Source: Macrostomum lignano (lineage: Eukaryota). Taken from it: a stretch of DNA of 64,000 nt. Location: the NCBI GenBank assembly GCA_002269645.1, contig NIVC01001672.1, positions 185,071 through 249,070 on the forward strand. The letters are read 5' to 3'. The notes beneath the pieces are model-generated. The model was not told the origin of the DNA, did no database searches, and saw only the letters and a list, made by a program, of their open reading frames with translations. Within the stretch, counting starts at the first letter, position 1; each line of letters opens with the position of its first letter. Position numbers and translations under genes: made by a program. Of this stretch, positions 25,172 through 37,840 are shown in pieces.

Positions 25172-25235
25172 GGGTAAACGGCAGGAGTAACTATGACTGT
25201 CTTATCAAGCCTAAATGCCTCGGCATCTAATTAGT
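25172..25235 (+). pseudogene. Degenerate 28S rRNA fragment spanning the R2 target site
   Basis: GGGTAAACGGCAGGAGTAACTATGACTGTCTTATCAAGCCTAAATGCCTCGGCATCTAATTAGT versus conserved 28S GGGTAAACGGCGGGAGTAACTATGACTCTCTTAAGGTAGCCAAATGCCTCGTCATCTAATTAGT. Confidence 0.85.
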
Positions 25236-25751
25236 ACTGCGCCGCGCTGTACTAATTGCCGTGCGCTGTACGCGCCGCGCCGCACCGTATTAGATCCGCG
25301 CCGGACGCCGTCCGCCAAAATGCCCATGCGCTGCAATCAGGCAATCATGCCTAACTTTGAAAATTTCACAAAATTTCACACCCAACCAAAATTTTCTGCT
25401 TGTCCAACTCTGACCTCTAGTTTGTTTTACAAATTGCCTTTGGCTCAAGGTCCAATGCCCAAGGCAGTTAGGCATGCTTTTGTTTCTTTCCAAAGCTTGT
25501 AGAAGCACATGTACATGTAGGCTGATTTCAATAAAGGCATTGAACACCTAGCAGACATCAACAAGCCTGCAAGCTTATAGGTTGCAACAGAGCTAGCAGT
25601 TAATGGCTGCGCTGTCTTTTCCCCTCTTGTTGTCTATGAAAAAAGCTAAAATGCAACTAAATGCATCAAAGTCACCTTGGCAGCTTCTTAAAGATATTTT
25701 ACAAAAGAAAACAAAAGTAAAATGTTTTTATTTATGTAAAATTATGTAAAA

Positions 25752-26112
25752 TGCATCAGGTAGATGCCTCACTGCTATCTTTCACTTGCAGCCAGAGCTG
25801 CAACTGGCAACTCGCATAGAGACAAAGGAAAAACTAAAAACTAAAACTGAATAACACAAAAATTATTAAAACAAACCCCAAAAATTTTTTTAAATAGTAG
25901 GATAATTGTTTTCCACTAATAATTTCTGTGTTTCCTTTAAAAAAATTAGCTATACCCATTAAGAAAAAATTACTATGAAATGCATCAGGCAAATGCCTAA
26001 CTGGCATCTTTCACCTGCAGCCAGAGCTGCAGCTGGCAACTTGTATGAAGACAAAAGAAAAACTAAAATGCATTAGGCAGATGCCTCAGTGGCAAAGCTG
26101 CAGCTGGCAATC
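25752..26112. repeat. About 90-bp direct repeats (atgcatcagg..gatgcct...gccagagctgca.ctggcaa)
   Basis: Copies at about 25752 and 25980, partial third at about 26068. Confidence 0.7.
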
Positions 26113-28695
26113 TTCACAATCAGCTCTTTGCAAAATATGCCCTGAGCAATAGGGGCTTTGACAGTATGCCATCATTTAGCCTAGATCTGACCTTGGTCAG
26201 AAACACACCAGCTGCAGAGAATGCAGCTTTACAATTACAATTATTTTAGGTTATTCTTATTATACATGTTCTTACTTATCTCAAAGTGCAAAAAAGTATC
26301 TTAAGCTCTGATGAATCCTCTACCTAATTGCAATCCCTACTATCTATGTTGTATCATTGCATGCAAAATTGATCATCTTGGCCTATCTTATAGAAGAAAT
26401 ATATGGTATGGTCTATAATAGACTTCTAGTATGTTATATAAATAAAATATAAATACATGCATGCAAAATTATCTCCCAGCCATTTTTCAACGTTTTTATG
26501 TACATAACACAAGTTACACAACTTCATAAGTAAGTAACACAAGTAGTCAAATACACAAACACACACACAACACAAGTTTAAGACTCACGTCGCATATATT
26601 TTGTATCATATGTTTTGTATAATTTGTATTTGTATCACAATTCACAATTCACAATTTGTCTTCGAGAATCAAGATTCAAGAGTTATATCACGATCATGAC
26701 TCACAACACAATTTCATGAATGATCACAAGTCACGAGTCTTGACACACAAATGCTATTTACTTGTGTAATGTATTTAAAATACAAACATTTTGATATTTC
26801 CTGGAATATCACCCACTTTATCAAAAAAGTGTCCAATCCTGGGATCCCAAGCCCCTAATCCTGGGATTCCTTTAGGCCAAAAAGTGTCTAGGATCCTGGG
26901 ATTACAATTCCTAGCCATAGTCCATTTTATGCTTAGAGTTATGCCAAAGGAAAAATGATGAAATTTTATCATTTACGCCAGGCTTATGCATCACATGCTA
27001 GGCATAATGCCTAGACTAGGGGGGAGTGCGAGGTGCCCATTTATACAAAAAAATTCATTTAAAAAATATTTATTTATGTTTCCGTTTGTATAATATAATT
27101 AAAACTTTATAAACATATAAGTATTAATAAAGATAAAAATGTTGTTGCATTGCAGCATGAAAATTTTACTTTAAACTTTGTTTTACTTTTTACAAATACT
27201 AAAAAATGTAGTTATTTAAATTCTCTGTTGTATTCAAATACTTGAAATAAGCTACAGTCTTTAATGACCACAATCAACCACAGTCAACATTTATTTCCTT
27301 TTAGGGAAATGTGCCAAAAGATCATCTATAATTGTTTTTACACCAGCCATTTATACCAATCCAATTTTCTATTAATTCTTATGCCAAGCATTTACGCCAA
27401 GGCTAATTTTTGTCTAGAATTATGCTGGGGATTTCTGGCATAATTGTAATGAAACGGACTATGGCCTAGGCGGTTTCTATGCTTTTTAGTACCTATGATT
27501 TTTGGTATGTTTTACTTGTATAAAGTATGATAAACTTTTCAAAACTAAAGAACCAAAGGGACCTTTCAACTTAAGTAATATAAATAATATTTTAGTTAAC
27601 TTTAAATAAAAGTGCTGCAAAGCATTTATTAATAGATTAGGACCTATTTTCAATTTTTGAGATCCAGCTCTAGGTCTAGTTTTAATTTAAAATTTGGGCA
27701 CTAAAAATAAACTAGGCCAGTATACTAATATACTAGATATAGAAAAGAAAGGTATAAATATTGAAAATTTAGATATTTTATTAGGCTTAACTATTATAGT
27801 TTTGCCTTTAGCTTTGATAGAACATGCTTGGGCACAATCTAGGGATTCACCTGGCTGTTTCTATTGGCAACACATCCACCTAAGTTGCTATTGTTGCCAA
27901 TAGAAATGGCAAGTGATTCCCAAGGTTGTGCATGTATCGATAGAATATTAGGCTCAGTTTATTAGAAAGATGATAGTTAGGCCTACTTTGTTTTTATCAG
28001 TTTGGATATCATTCTCCATAGGGAAAAATGGCCAGCAGTTATGCTGGCTACACATGGGGCCAGTGAGACGTTGCAATAATAAAAGTTTTTTATAGTTGCA
28101 ATAACTATATGCACTACATATGGATTCTTTAAATTTACAAATATTATTGCATTATAAAACAGTGGCACATCTAGGAATTCTGTTTGGGGGGGGGCAGACT
28201 ATCAGGGAGATACCAATGATAATCACAGATAGGGACGCCAGAAGGTACAAATAAGCCTTTTAATAATAGCTTTTTATTTTAGTATTTTGGATATATAACA
28301 AAGTGTACACTGTTATTTTTCAAGTGTACACTCTAGCATAGAATTTAGTATCTTATTGTAATGTATATTTTGCATTTTATACTTACAAAAACATGATTTT
28401 TATGACAGATAGACAGGAATTTAGAAAATTTTAGGTAAAGTAAAACAAATAAAGAATTAAGTGCAAAGCTCATAAATTTAGATGAATCCTAAGAGACAAT
28501 TTTGAATAGCTTCTAGCAACCCCTAACTATCTATCCAAGGTCTATCCAAGTATGTCCTCTGGTTGCTTAATGGATCAACCAGGGAAGAAAGAGAGAGAAA
28601 AAAGCAATTCAGTGCACATGGAAAAGCATTAGAGCAACAGAGAAAAACTGAGAGTCAGAGTCAATTACAGTAACAGAGTCACATGGGGGCAAAAT

Positions 28696-29275
28696 TTACA
28701 CTGCAAAATCCATGTAGCAGTTACTCATGCAAAATGGATTGATAACCCAATCTGGATCGACTGCAACATTGGAATGGATATACAGCAAAGCCAAGCCAAC
28801 TAGCCTTGATTGGTCACAGGTACATCTTTAGCAAGCAAAGGCTGGAGAATGATCTCTCCATGGTGGCAGTTGTGATTGGCAGTGTTACGGAAATTTTCAG
28901 CAGTGCAAAAATGTTTAGAAAGAAATTTGCATTGCAGTTGGCCAGGGCACTGATTGCCATGTCTGCCTTTGGGATTGATTTTTGGCCTTTCCCCAGGTTC
29001 CTCTAGCAGTTGAACTCACTAGCAACAATGTTGTTGCCTTCCAAATAGCTGCCAAACTGCTCAACAATGGGCTTCAAATCTTTAAAATTGTATGGCTGGA
29101 TGTACTTTGGAAGTAGACATACCAGGTATCAGTTGTAGAAGCATAGAATTCTGTTCATTAAAGTGGCAGTTGAACTGAGCCAGGATCTGCTGCAGAAATG
29201 GACAGTAAGTGCTAAGCTGAAAGTGATCTTTAGGTGTTTCGCTGTGATGTGGCTGCCTACCTTGGCCTTGTACAA
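28696..29275 (-). mobile_element. Decayed hAT transposase C-terminus (dimerisation domain)
   Basis: GRQPHHSETPKDHFQLSTYCPFLQQILAQFNCHF ... FLNIFALLKISVTLPITTATMERSFSSLCLLKMYL* ... VGLALLYIH, i.e. the hAT LPxTTAxxERSFS and GLALLxIH motifs. Confidence 0.85.
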
Positions 29276-29279
29276 CACA

Positions 29280-30380
29280 GTGTGGCCATGAATGATTTTT
29301 TCATTGGTCTGAAGAGGTGATAGATACTAGGTGCCAAATCTAGTCATAGGCAAGATATAGAAGCAGTTCCTAGTGTAGATCGCCAACTATTCTCATAGTG
29401 TACCTGGCAATATGAGGCCTAAAATTGTTGTGCTAAAGGAGTAGCCAAGAGTGCAGCTTTTTAGGCCATTTTTAGAAAGTTTATTATAGCAAAGCAGCCC
29501 ACTTAGTAGGTCAATGTACTAAGCAGCATTGATTGTGTGGCTTGACGTAAGGAAATCAATATAGATCACGCCTTTGGTGTCCCAAAAAAGTGACCTTTGT
29601 CTTACCTGAATATTGAGCAATACAAGCCTTGACTAGGTTACCCTCTAGCCTGAACCATTCACGTGACTGCTCTTTGGTTTTTGGATTATAATATAGAAGC
29701 CAGGTCTTGTCCATAGTGATGATGCATTGCCAGAATGCCTTGCCATACTTCTTAACTAGAGTCTGCACTCAAGCAGGTGCTTGTATAGGTCAGCCTGCTT
29801 ATGCTTCTAGTGAATGCCCAATAGCCAAGGTACCCATCTGGCTAACAGCTTGCTTAGCTGTAGCTTGTGCTTGTTATAAATGCATGCCACATTGATGCCA
29901 CAGAAGTCAGCTAGCTATCTTGCAAACTATGACTTGCATGTCCTCTATCATCATGTTAGTTACTAGATGAATTTTTCCATGGAAAGTGATATGTGTGATT
30001 TGCCACATCTTGTATTGTATTTTAGGGACTCCTGGCCAGACTTAAAGCAATCTACATATATATAAACAATAGCTTGTGATTTGGAATCATTACCAAAGAT
30101 AGCTTGTAGGTGATGGGCAATTTTGGCTAGCTTTGTCCCTTCCTTTTGGAGGAAGAATATGATTGCTTGTTGGGAATTTTTATCAGTTTGTATCTTAGCT
30201 AAAAAGGTAGCTTACAGAATTTAGCATAGCTAGGCAGCTGCTGTTTCAAACTAGTTGATTCACTTGATTGATAAAAAGTACAATGGTATATTGATGTATA
30301 AATGTGTAAAGTTTCAAAGCAATGGCACAAAGCATCTGAATTCTATGCCAAAAAGTCTTGGAACTTTTGGAACACCTCTC
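29280..30380 (-). mobile_element. Decayed mariner transposase with one TIR
   Basis: IITMDKTWLLYYNPKTKEQSREW, FWDTKGVIYIDFL, HNNFRPH, DLAPSIYHLF (decayed DETW, HDNARPH, SPDLAPSDYHLF). TIR-like GAGAGGTGTTCCAAAAGTTCC at 30380-30360. Confidence 0.85.
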
Positions 30381-31822
30381 ATTTTATGATAAACACAATT
30401 ATATATTGGAAAATGATCTCATTATAACTCTTCACACAATAAAAATAGGCTTTACAATGTAATATTATTTCATAATTTTATTTGCTAGCAGTCATTTTAT
30501 TTGCATTTCATTTGCTAGCAAATAAAAGGTAGCAAACAAAATGACTATACTAGTAAAAAAAATACTAGGCTTTGGCATAGCTTTTTTGATAATAACCTGT
30601 TTTACCAAAAACCCAGCTTATTGTTTTTTATTGGTAAATAAAATCTAAAATAAAATTTTAATAGGCAATTGCCTTTTATTTTCATCCAAGATTAAATTAT
30701 TGCATTTTGCATATCTTTTTTAAAGGCCTATTGCAAATTTTAGGCCCTAAAATCTTGAGTATAGTAAGTTAAAAATTTATTAGATCATTTAAAAGAATAG
30801 TTAATACTTTGCCAGCCACATAGTGCTTTTTGTAGTAAAGGTGCTTAGTTCTTATATAGTTAGGTTGAAGTTGAAAAAATTAGCCAGTGGATACATTTCT
30901 CTAAGAAAGATAGTAGTTGTAAGTATAGCTGATTTCTTTATCATTTGTATTTAATGGCTGACAAATTTAAGTCATTTACAAACAATTAAAAAAAATAAAC
31001 AAAAATCATGAATCAATTTGTTTTGCTTTTAATAACTTGGCTTTACCCAATAGATGAGCTACTGAAACTAGTAGTTTCCAGGAAAATTTGAGATATCATC
31101 TTTGTTGTGGTTTTAACAAATTATTCATCTAAGTAGTATATTGCTTATATGTTTATGTTATGATTTTTTCTTTTAATCCTTAGTGTACTAAGATTATAGG
31201 GTGTCTTGCTTTAATGTCTATTTAAGTATTATATCTAAAAGATATATCTAAGATATATTATATTTATATATTATATTAGAACACTTAAAGTCATTTTTAT
31301 TACTTTTAAACCATTCTTTATACATTTTCCAATCTATTTTAAATGACTAACACGTTAATTCATTTTCAAATTGAGATTTTTTTATCATTTTAAACCTATA
31401 TAAACTTTGTATCAAGGTTGTTTGCATATTTATTCACTCAGGAATTGATCCTATGTATTGGGCTTGGTCAATCTCTAATTCACCAAAAGATTTCCAAGAT
31501 ATTTCTAATAGTAAAAAAAGATTGCCTAGAATAAAACTTTATAGACTTAAACATTTAAATTTAATGTAAGATACTTATTACCTTGTGGGTATTTAAAGTT
31601 AAGAATTTATTTCAGGGGCACTACATTGTTGCATGCTTTTGTAAATACTTATAATTATGCTTTATATATAATGACTACTTAATAAAAGGGTTGGAAACTA
31701 AATTTCTTAGAAAATGTTTAAAGCATGTAGCTTTTCATTCAGAAAATTAGAATTCTATATTAATTTTTTTTTCTATGTATAATTGTACTTGTACATGTAT
31801 TATGCCTGAAAACCATTAACAT

Positions 31823-31921
31823 GCATAGCTTAGCTCATTGGTTTTATGAATCTATTTTATTAGCTGATTGTGTAACAAAGATGATAAAATAGATCCATAA
31901 AACCAATGAGTTAAGCTGTGC
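31823..31921. repeat. 38-bp inverted repeat with 23-nt spacer
   Basis: 31823-31860 and 31884-31921 are reverse complements with 3 transition differences. Confidence 0.85.
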
Positions 31922-32614
31922 TCCATTTTTTTTATTCTTAGGTACAGGAAATGTACATAGAATAATAAATTGACATGTAGAATTCATTTTTAAAACAAAA
32001 AGCTTTATGAATATCAATTAAGCTATAAAAAAGGCAAAACATATAAAAAGATAAAGATTGGATCTGCCTCTGATCAAAACCAATAACAACTTTTTGTGCT
32101 GAAAAATGAAAACTTCCTATGTAATGTATTTTTGGCGAAAACCAGCGTCATAAACATTATCTAAGAAATGTAGTTTCCCGTCCCGTATAATTTTACTTCG
32201 AGCTACTATTGAGTAGTGTAACACGAGTAGAAAATCGTTTTTATTTTGTTTCAATGTACAGTGTCTGTCAATGTGGAGGGGGGGGTAGGTCGTCTGGCTG
32301 TACACGAAAAACGGTTGGACAGAAAAATAAACCCCACCAACCCCCCTCCCCTCCCCCCTTTATATTCCGTGCGATTGTCACCTCTCTTACCTCTTTTACG
32401 AGCGTATTATTAAAACCCTAGCTGTCGTGGGTTTGCGGTTTATTTTAGTTGAAGTTAGAAAGTGGAGCGGAGCAGCTAGGACAAAGTTTATTCAGTCAGG
32501 AGCGCGCTTGTTCTATTGTTTGCGTCTGCCACCGTCGTTTGTTGTCACTTTCTGCGCTTTTACTTTCAGCTGCAAGGCTTTTTTTAATTTCAAGCAAACT
32601 TTTAAGCTTCTTCA

Positions 32615-32737
32615 ATGGCAAAACTAATTGGCACCTTCCGCGACCTGCCGCACAAGTTGCATCTGTCTAGCGGTGGCCAAGCCAAGGCTAGCGACAAGCA
32701 GTTGAAACAGTTCAAAGAATTCTTCGATCTTGGCGAG
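32615..32737 (+). CDS. LLGL: Lethal giant larvae homologue, exon 1
   Basis: MAKLIGTFRDLPHKLHLSSGGQAKASDKQLKQFKEFFDLGE|gtaaga (phase 0). Confidence 0.8.
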
Positions 32738-34218
32738 GTAAGAATTCTAAGTTTATATTATTCTCTTCCTTTTAATTTTCCTGTTTCTTGCAGCCTGCTT
32801 CTGTAAAGTTACTTTAAACAGAAACTGGGGATTGTTTAGTGAATAGCTAAAATATAATATAACATTTGTCTTTTTTGTATGTGTCGGAATGTGTGCATTA
32901 AATTTCTATTCGGTAATAGCAATTGTAACGAAGATTGTACTAAGTAATACTTTTACTTTTATAACGGTAGTTCTGTATGTGCCGTAATTTCTTTATTTGT
33001 TTATTATTTATTCTCATAAAGTATCGTGGTGTTATAGATAAAGACTTTCAGTTAAAAAAGTGCAGAATGAACAATTCCATATATTTCGTAGTTACAATAA
33101 CATTTGCTCAACCAAGCGGACAATACATTTGGAATTTTAGTTACATTTTTTGCAATCTAGAGACTAGATATCGCTTTTGCAGACATTCGGGCATTGAAAA
33201 AAGAATTGTATGAATATTATAAGCTTGCTTAACAATTACTCAGTAATACAGTCTACCACGACTAATAGAATTGAAAGCCTACTCATCTATAATCCACTCA
33301 GACTGGTCATTAATGCCAAACTAAAATAGTCGCGGTAATGATGGTGATGGTGAGTGGGTGACTAATGCGCTGCTTTGAGGAATGACGCCCCACCCCCTAA
33401 AATTTCTCTCGCTGAGTCATGTAGCAGTTTCCCCTCTCGCTCCTTCGCAAGCTCACACTAAAGCCTAAAGTCTCCCCCTCCACGTCTGGCCTGGTTGAGG
33501 TTGCAGGATTTTTGTCCTGCGCTTTTTCCAGGGTTTTCCTCCGTTCGCGGGCTTCCAGTCCCACCCAATGCTTAGAAGCCCTCTCTTTCTCTGGACACTT
33601 TCTTTCTCCTGGCCTGCTCCTTCCCCAGTCCAGTCCCCGAAACAACAACCCCCACTCCATGCAAAACAGAGGGAGGGCCAATTGCAATGACACGCCAGGG
33701 CTCGCTTGTCCTCTCTATCACAACACCCACCCCTACTCCCACCCCCGTCTGCCTTATCTATCCCAGGGTTAGTATAGATAGAAGCGCACGCGCCAAGGGT
33801 TTAGGGTGGCGGGTTGAATGAGTGTGCGTCTGTCTGTTTGTGCTAAAAATAGAATGCTGAATCATTGCTTGGGCTGGGGAGAGCGCACATTGTACGCTGT
33901 ACAGTGAAGCAGCGAAAGAGAGAAAATTTAGCTTGGGGCCAGAGGGTGTTCCTAGAGAAAGGGCATTTCTCTGTCGCTACGACGGCATGTTTTGGAACTC
34001 ATGAACTTAAGCTGTTAATGTTATGCTTTAACTATAAAAATGTTTACACCAGAATTTCAACAAAAAAATAACCAATTTTAAGACTATTTTTCCTAATCTT
34101 TCCAACTCTTTTAAGGCAAGGCTTTAATGATTTTAAGCTATCGTGTCCACTTTTCACTATACAGACACTACACAAACATTTACTATCGTCCCTCCTTAAC
34201 GATGTGCTTATATTTTAG

Positions 34219-34316
34219 CTGTGCAAAATCGGATTTCCGGACAATGCGACAACAATTGCTCACGATCCTCAGCTCAACTTGCTGGCCATTGGTACAAAGA
34301 CTGGAGAAATTCTCAT
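34219..34316 (+). CDS. LLGL: Lgl exon 2
   Basis: ttttag|LCKIGFPDNATTIAHDPQLNLLAIGTKTGEIL..|gtaagt; matches the Lgl/tomosyn GFP..A.DP..LAIGT motif. Confidence 0.9.
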
Positions 34317-34424
34317 GTAAGTTTTTTTGCCTTTGTCTTTGGGCAGTTTTTAATCTGGTCAATCTAGTATGTTTACTCTGCCGCACTTTTAAGCTACCGT
34401 TATTAAAATGTCTAATTCTTTCAG

Positions 34425-34506
34425 TTACGGCGCGCCGGGTCACGAGTTCTCCGCCTGTCATAAAGACGCTTGCGAGATTAAACAACTACTGTTCCTGCCA
34501 GAGGAG
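34425..34506 (+). CDS. LLGL: Lgl exon 3
   Basis: ttcag|T YGAPGHEFSACHKDACEIKQLLFLPEE|gtaagg; YGAPG.EF motif, phases consistent. Confidence 0.9.
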
Positions 34507-35052
34507 GTAAGGGCCTGCTTTATTTCTGCATATCAAAGGAAAACACGGCAGAGTTTTCTCCTTGTTATTTATATATTACCCGAGGTCGAAAACTCGGAAG
34601 GTTATAGGATTAGTGGGATAACGATGATTTATATCTTTTGTCGTTATATCAATAGTTGACTTCTTTCCTTTTCCAGCCAGAATGACCGAGGCCGGGGGGA
34701 GGTATGCCATTTTTTAAGCCGCAAATATTGACCACGTCCGGGGCTAAGGCCAAGACGCTCTCCAACTGGGATCAGTAAAATTTATTGCTGCCCCCCTTGG
34801 CTTGGCTAATAAAATACCCCCCATTAATATTCATTATTTCATTATTATGAACGTCCGTTGGGATTTTTTATAATATTATCTCTCTATTAAATCAGCTAGG
34901 CTTTCTTAGAGATTTCAATTATAAGTATTAAAAAAGGGTCTCTAGTCGAGTTAAGCAGAGTTGGTTGCGGTTAGTACGACGTAGCTTAATCAGTAATTTA
35001 GCTAGGACCGCTGCATTACTAATGAGTTAAAACTCTTGCCTCCATCGCTCAG

Positions 35053-35327
35053 GGCCGGCTTGTTAGCCTCACTTCCGACAATCGACTGCACAAATGGGAA
35101 CTCAATGAGAACACTAGCGGTTCCCATAGCAACTGGCGCCTCGAGCACGCCGCCGATCTGCTAGCCGGCCCGGCCGACGGAGCCGATGGACAGACGGCAA
35201 CAACAATGGGCCTGATTGGCGGGGACAGGCTCTGCCTAGGCTACGCCAGCGGCTCTGTGCGCCTAGTTGAAGTCAAGGATTGGAAATTTGCCGAGTCTGC
35301 CACATCTGGGGAGGCCATCGATAAAGG
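35053..35327 (+). CDS. LLGL: Lgl exon 4
   Basis: ctcag|GRLVSLTSDNRLHKWEL...LCLGYASGSVRLVEV...DK GG|gtgagt (phase 2). Confidence 0.88.
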
Positions 35328-35373
35328 GTGAGTGCGGCAAATCTGCTTGTTTAAATTGTCTGCCTGTCCAGAT

Positions 35374-35539
35374 CAGGGGTCGGCAAACTGGGGCCCGCGA
35401 AGCCTCTGTATCCTTTGAAACTTCCACAAATCACAATAGCAATCCCGTCCGCTCAAGGTTTGTCTCTTCTCTTCTAAGACTCTTCTCTCCCGCTAGAATC
35501 TATCTGGCCCATTGAGGTAGAAAGGTTGGCCGGCACATG
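35374..35539. mobile_element. hAT (Charlie-like) MITE
   Basis: Starts CAGGGGTCGGCAAAC and ends in degenerate GTTGGCCGGCACATG. 8-bp TSD GTCCAGAT / GTCTAGAT fits the NTCTAGAN preference. Confidence 0.75.
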
Positions 35540-35578
35540 GTCTAGATTGAGATTCAATTAGTTTATTAACATTTTTTT

Positions 35579-35988
35579 AGTATTGGTTTTGTCAGCCTAA
35601 CTGGGAGTGGGGCCATCCAAAGTGAGAATCCTGCCTACGCTGACTGCGAAGGGCCTGGCTGTGTGCAGCCTTAGTCTATGGGCCATAGACTATAAAGGAC
35701 AAGCAAAGTGATAAAAAGCCATCCAATGTGAGAATCGATTGGTCTTTTAAAACTTTGCTTCTCCTTTATGGTCTATGGCCCATAGACTAAAGCTGCACGC
35801 AGCCAGGCCCTTCGCAGTCAGCGTAGGCAGGAATCTCACATTTGATGGTTTTTTATCACTTTGCTTGTCCTTTATAGTCTATGGCCCATAGACTAAGGCT
35901 GCACGCAGCCGGGCCCTTCGCGGTCAGCGTAGGCGGGATTCTCACTTTGGGTGGCTTTATTCTGAGTTGGGCTGACAAAACCAATACT
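35579..35988. mobile_element. Foldback (palindromic) MITE, about 410 bp
   Basis: AGTATTGGTTTTGTCAGCCTAACT ... AGTTGGGCTGACAAAACCAATACT. The left arm (about 35579-35744) is mirrored by the right arm, and part of the right arm is duplicated. Confidence 0.85.
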
Positions 35989-37840
35989 TAATAATTCATT
36001 TCGGGACCCACCTATGTGAGGTCGTTGTCAATACATGCAGTTTGCAAAATCTGTTTTTTGTGTTATCCGGATGCCAAGATTTCATGTTAGCTGCCGCCCC
36101 CCCCCCCTAAAGAAATCTTACCTGTGGCGTTAAATTATTAATTACCTAGGATGCTTCCTGGAATTTCTAGTTTCTAGAATTGTTTTAGGCTAACCTGGAA
36201 TGCCACATAGCAGCATGGTCCTGCCCAAGAGATTTGAAGTATATCCAAGATTGCAGAGAACCTACTTATTCATAATTCATCAACTATCCAATGGAATGGC
36301 TGCACCTGTATCGAAATCCTAAGAATCCCAATAATTAAGTTCATGTCATGACACTAAACTTCTGCTTTGACTGTGATTTACTCATATTTATATCGTTAAA
36401 AAATTGCTTTACAGTTCGGCTCGGTTATTTTAAATGTTTTCATTACAGTAAGCTCTATATTGAACTATGCATATAATCTACCAGTTTGTGTTTATCTGGC
36501 ACTCAGCCGGGCTGAGTCTGATCTACTAGCGCGTTTAATTAAATAATTGCCTGCTTTATATCAAATGCCGTGCAATCTCAATGATCAATTGTTGGTCGGC
36601 TTGCTCTAGTTCAATTTTAATTATTGATTGATTTTTCAAGTTAAGATTGAAATTACTTCACTGTAAATAACAAAAGCAATCGTATCTTTGTCTGCTGCAA
36701 GGCCTACTTAAGTAGAAGGATGGGGAACTACGTTTATAGTGAAAACCTCTGTAAGGTATTTTTACAATAGAACCTGCCTCCTGAGTTTCCAAGAAATGAA
36801 GTTTTCCCGTCCTACTTAAATAGTCCTTGGTTTTGGTCTGGTTTTGGTTTTTTTAGAAATCTCTAAGCCCCGATCCCAATTCCTAAGAACGCTGGGAACC
36901 TCTAATTTCTAGCAGTGAGTCAGCATTGAACTAGAGATATGAGACGGATATATATGCATTTGATTTCCAGTTCTTTCTGGCCCAACACTAAGCCCGGGTC
37001 GCAAGGTCAAGAGCAACACTTTATTATCTGTGGGCCATCGTGGGTGGAAGGGAACGGGTCAAAGCCACAAAGTGTTTATGTTTGCCTATTCTAGCTGGGG
37101 CAGTTTACATTGGATGCCTGATTGCGCAACAGTTAAGAGAAATTCAACGGAAGGTCACGAGGTCTGGGGCTTATCTTCCCAACTGCTTAGATCTCTACAG
37201 ATTTCATTCAGAGGCCTATAGTTTCCCACGGTAGCTTTTCTCTTTCCCTGTCTCTCTGACTTCCAAGTGTCTTCATTCACTAAACCGGTTCTTGTTTGCT
37301 TTCCATAATTTGCTCTTCTATAATCCGCGCCTGACTTAATTGCGTCATAGCGCTTTAGAGGTTTATTATATAATATTTGCAACAGTCTCAGGCAACTGCG
37401 CCAAAGATGGGGTCCCGATAAAGGGTGCAAGTTTCCCATCGCCTTCGGTGTTTGTTTAACTTGCTTGATGAATAAATGCATACAAGTTATTTTATAGGCG
37501 GCCATGAAAGGTTGCAGCGCAAATGTAACCAGATGCTATTTCCAATCGGCTACAACTGCAATTTGTTCTCGAGTCCAATATTTGGGTCTTTTTTATTCTT
37601 GCCTGCTATTTGCCAAGACTGTTAGTTTACTCCCCATCCCAGTTTCAGGATATTTGCTGGCTTCAACTTTATGACTTAGCATATCAGATTGCCAGTAGCA
37701 TTCATTCATATTTGCTGCGCTTAACTATATAAATTAACCGATGATGCAGTTGATTTTATTACATAAAAATATTATATTCTTTTCTTTCTACTGTACAGTA
37801 GTCTAACTCGAATGTATATTCGTATTTGTTTTATTCCCAG

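Larger units (their letters stand above)
24685..26915. mobile_element. Decayed element with degenerate inverted ends (TAGGGATTGCAATCCC-like with ATCCCAGGAT subterminal repeats)
   Basis: 24685-24785 and 26830-26915 are loose reverse complements built from gatcc(t/c)agga motifs. Confidence 0.4.

Noticed and set aside
37155-37505. Minus ORF containing NYRPL (LINE RT-like motif)
   Set aside because: A single short motif with no other RT motifs in frame.
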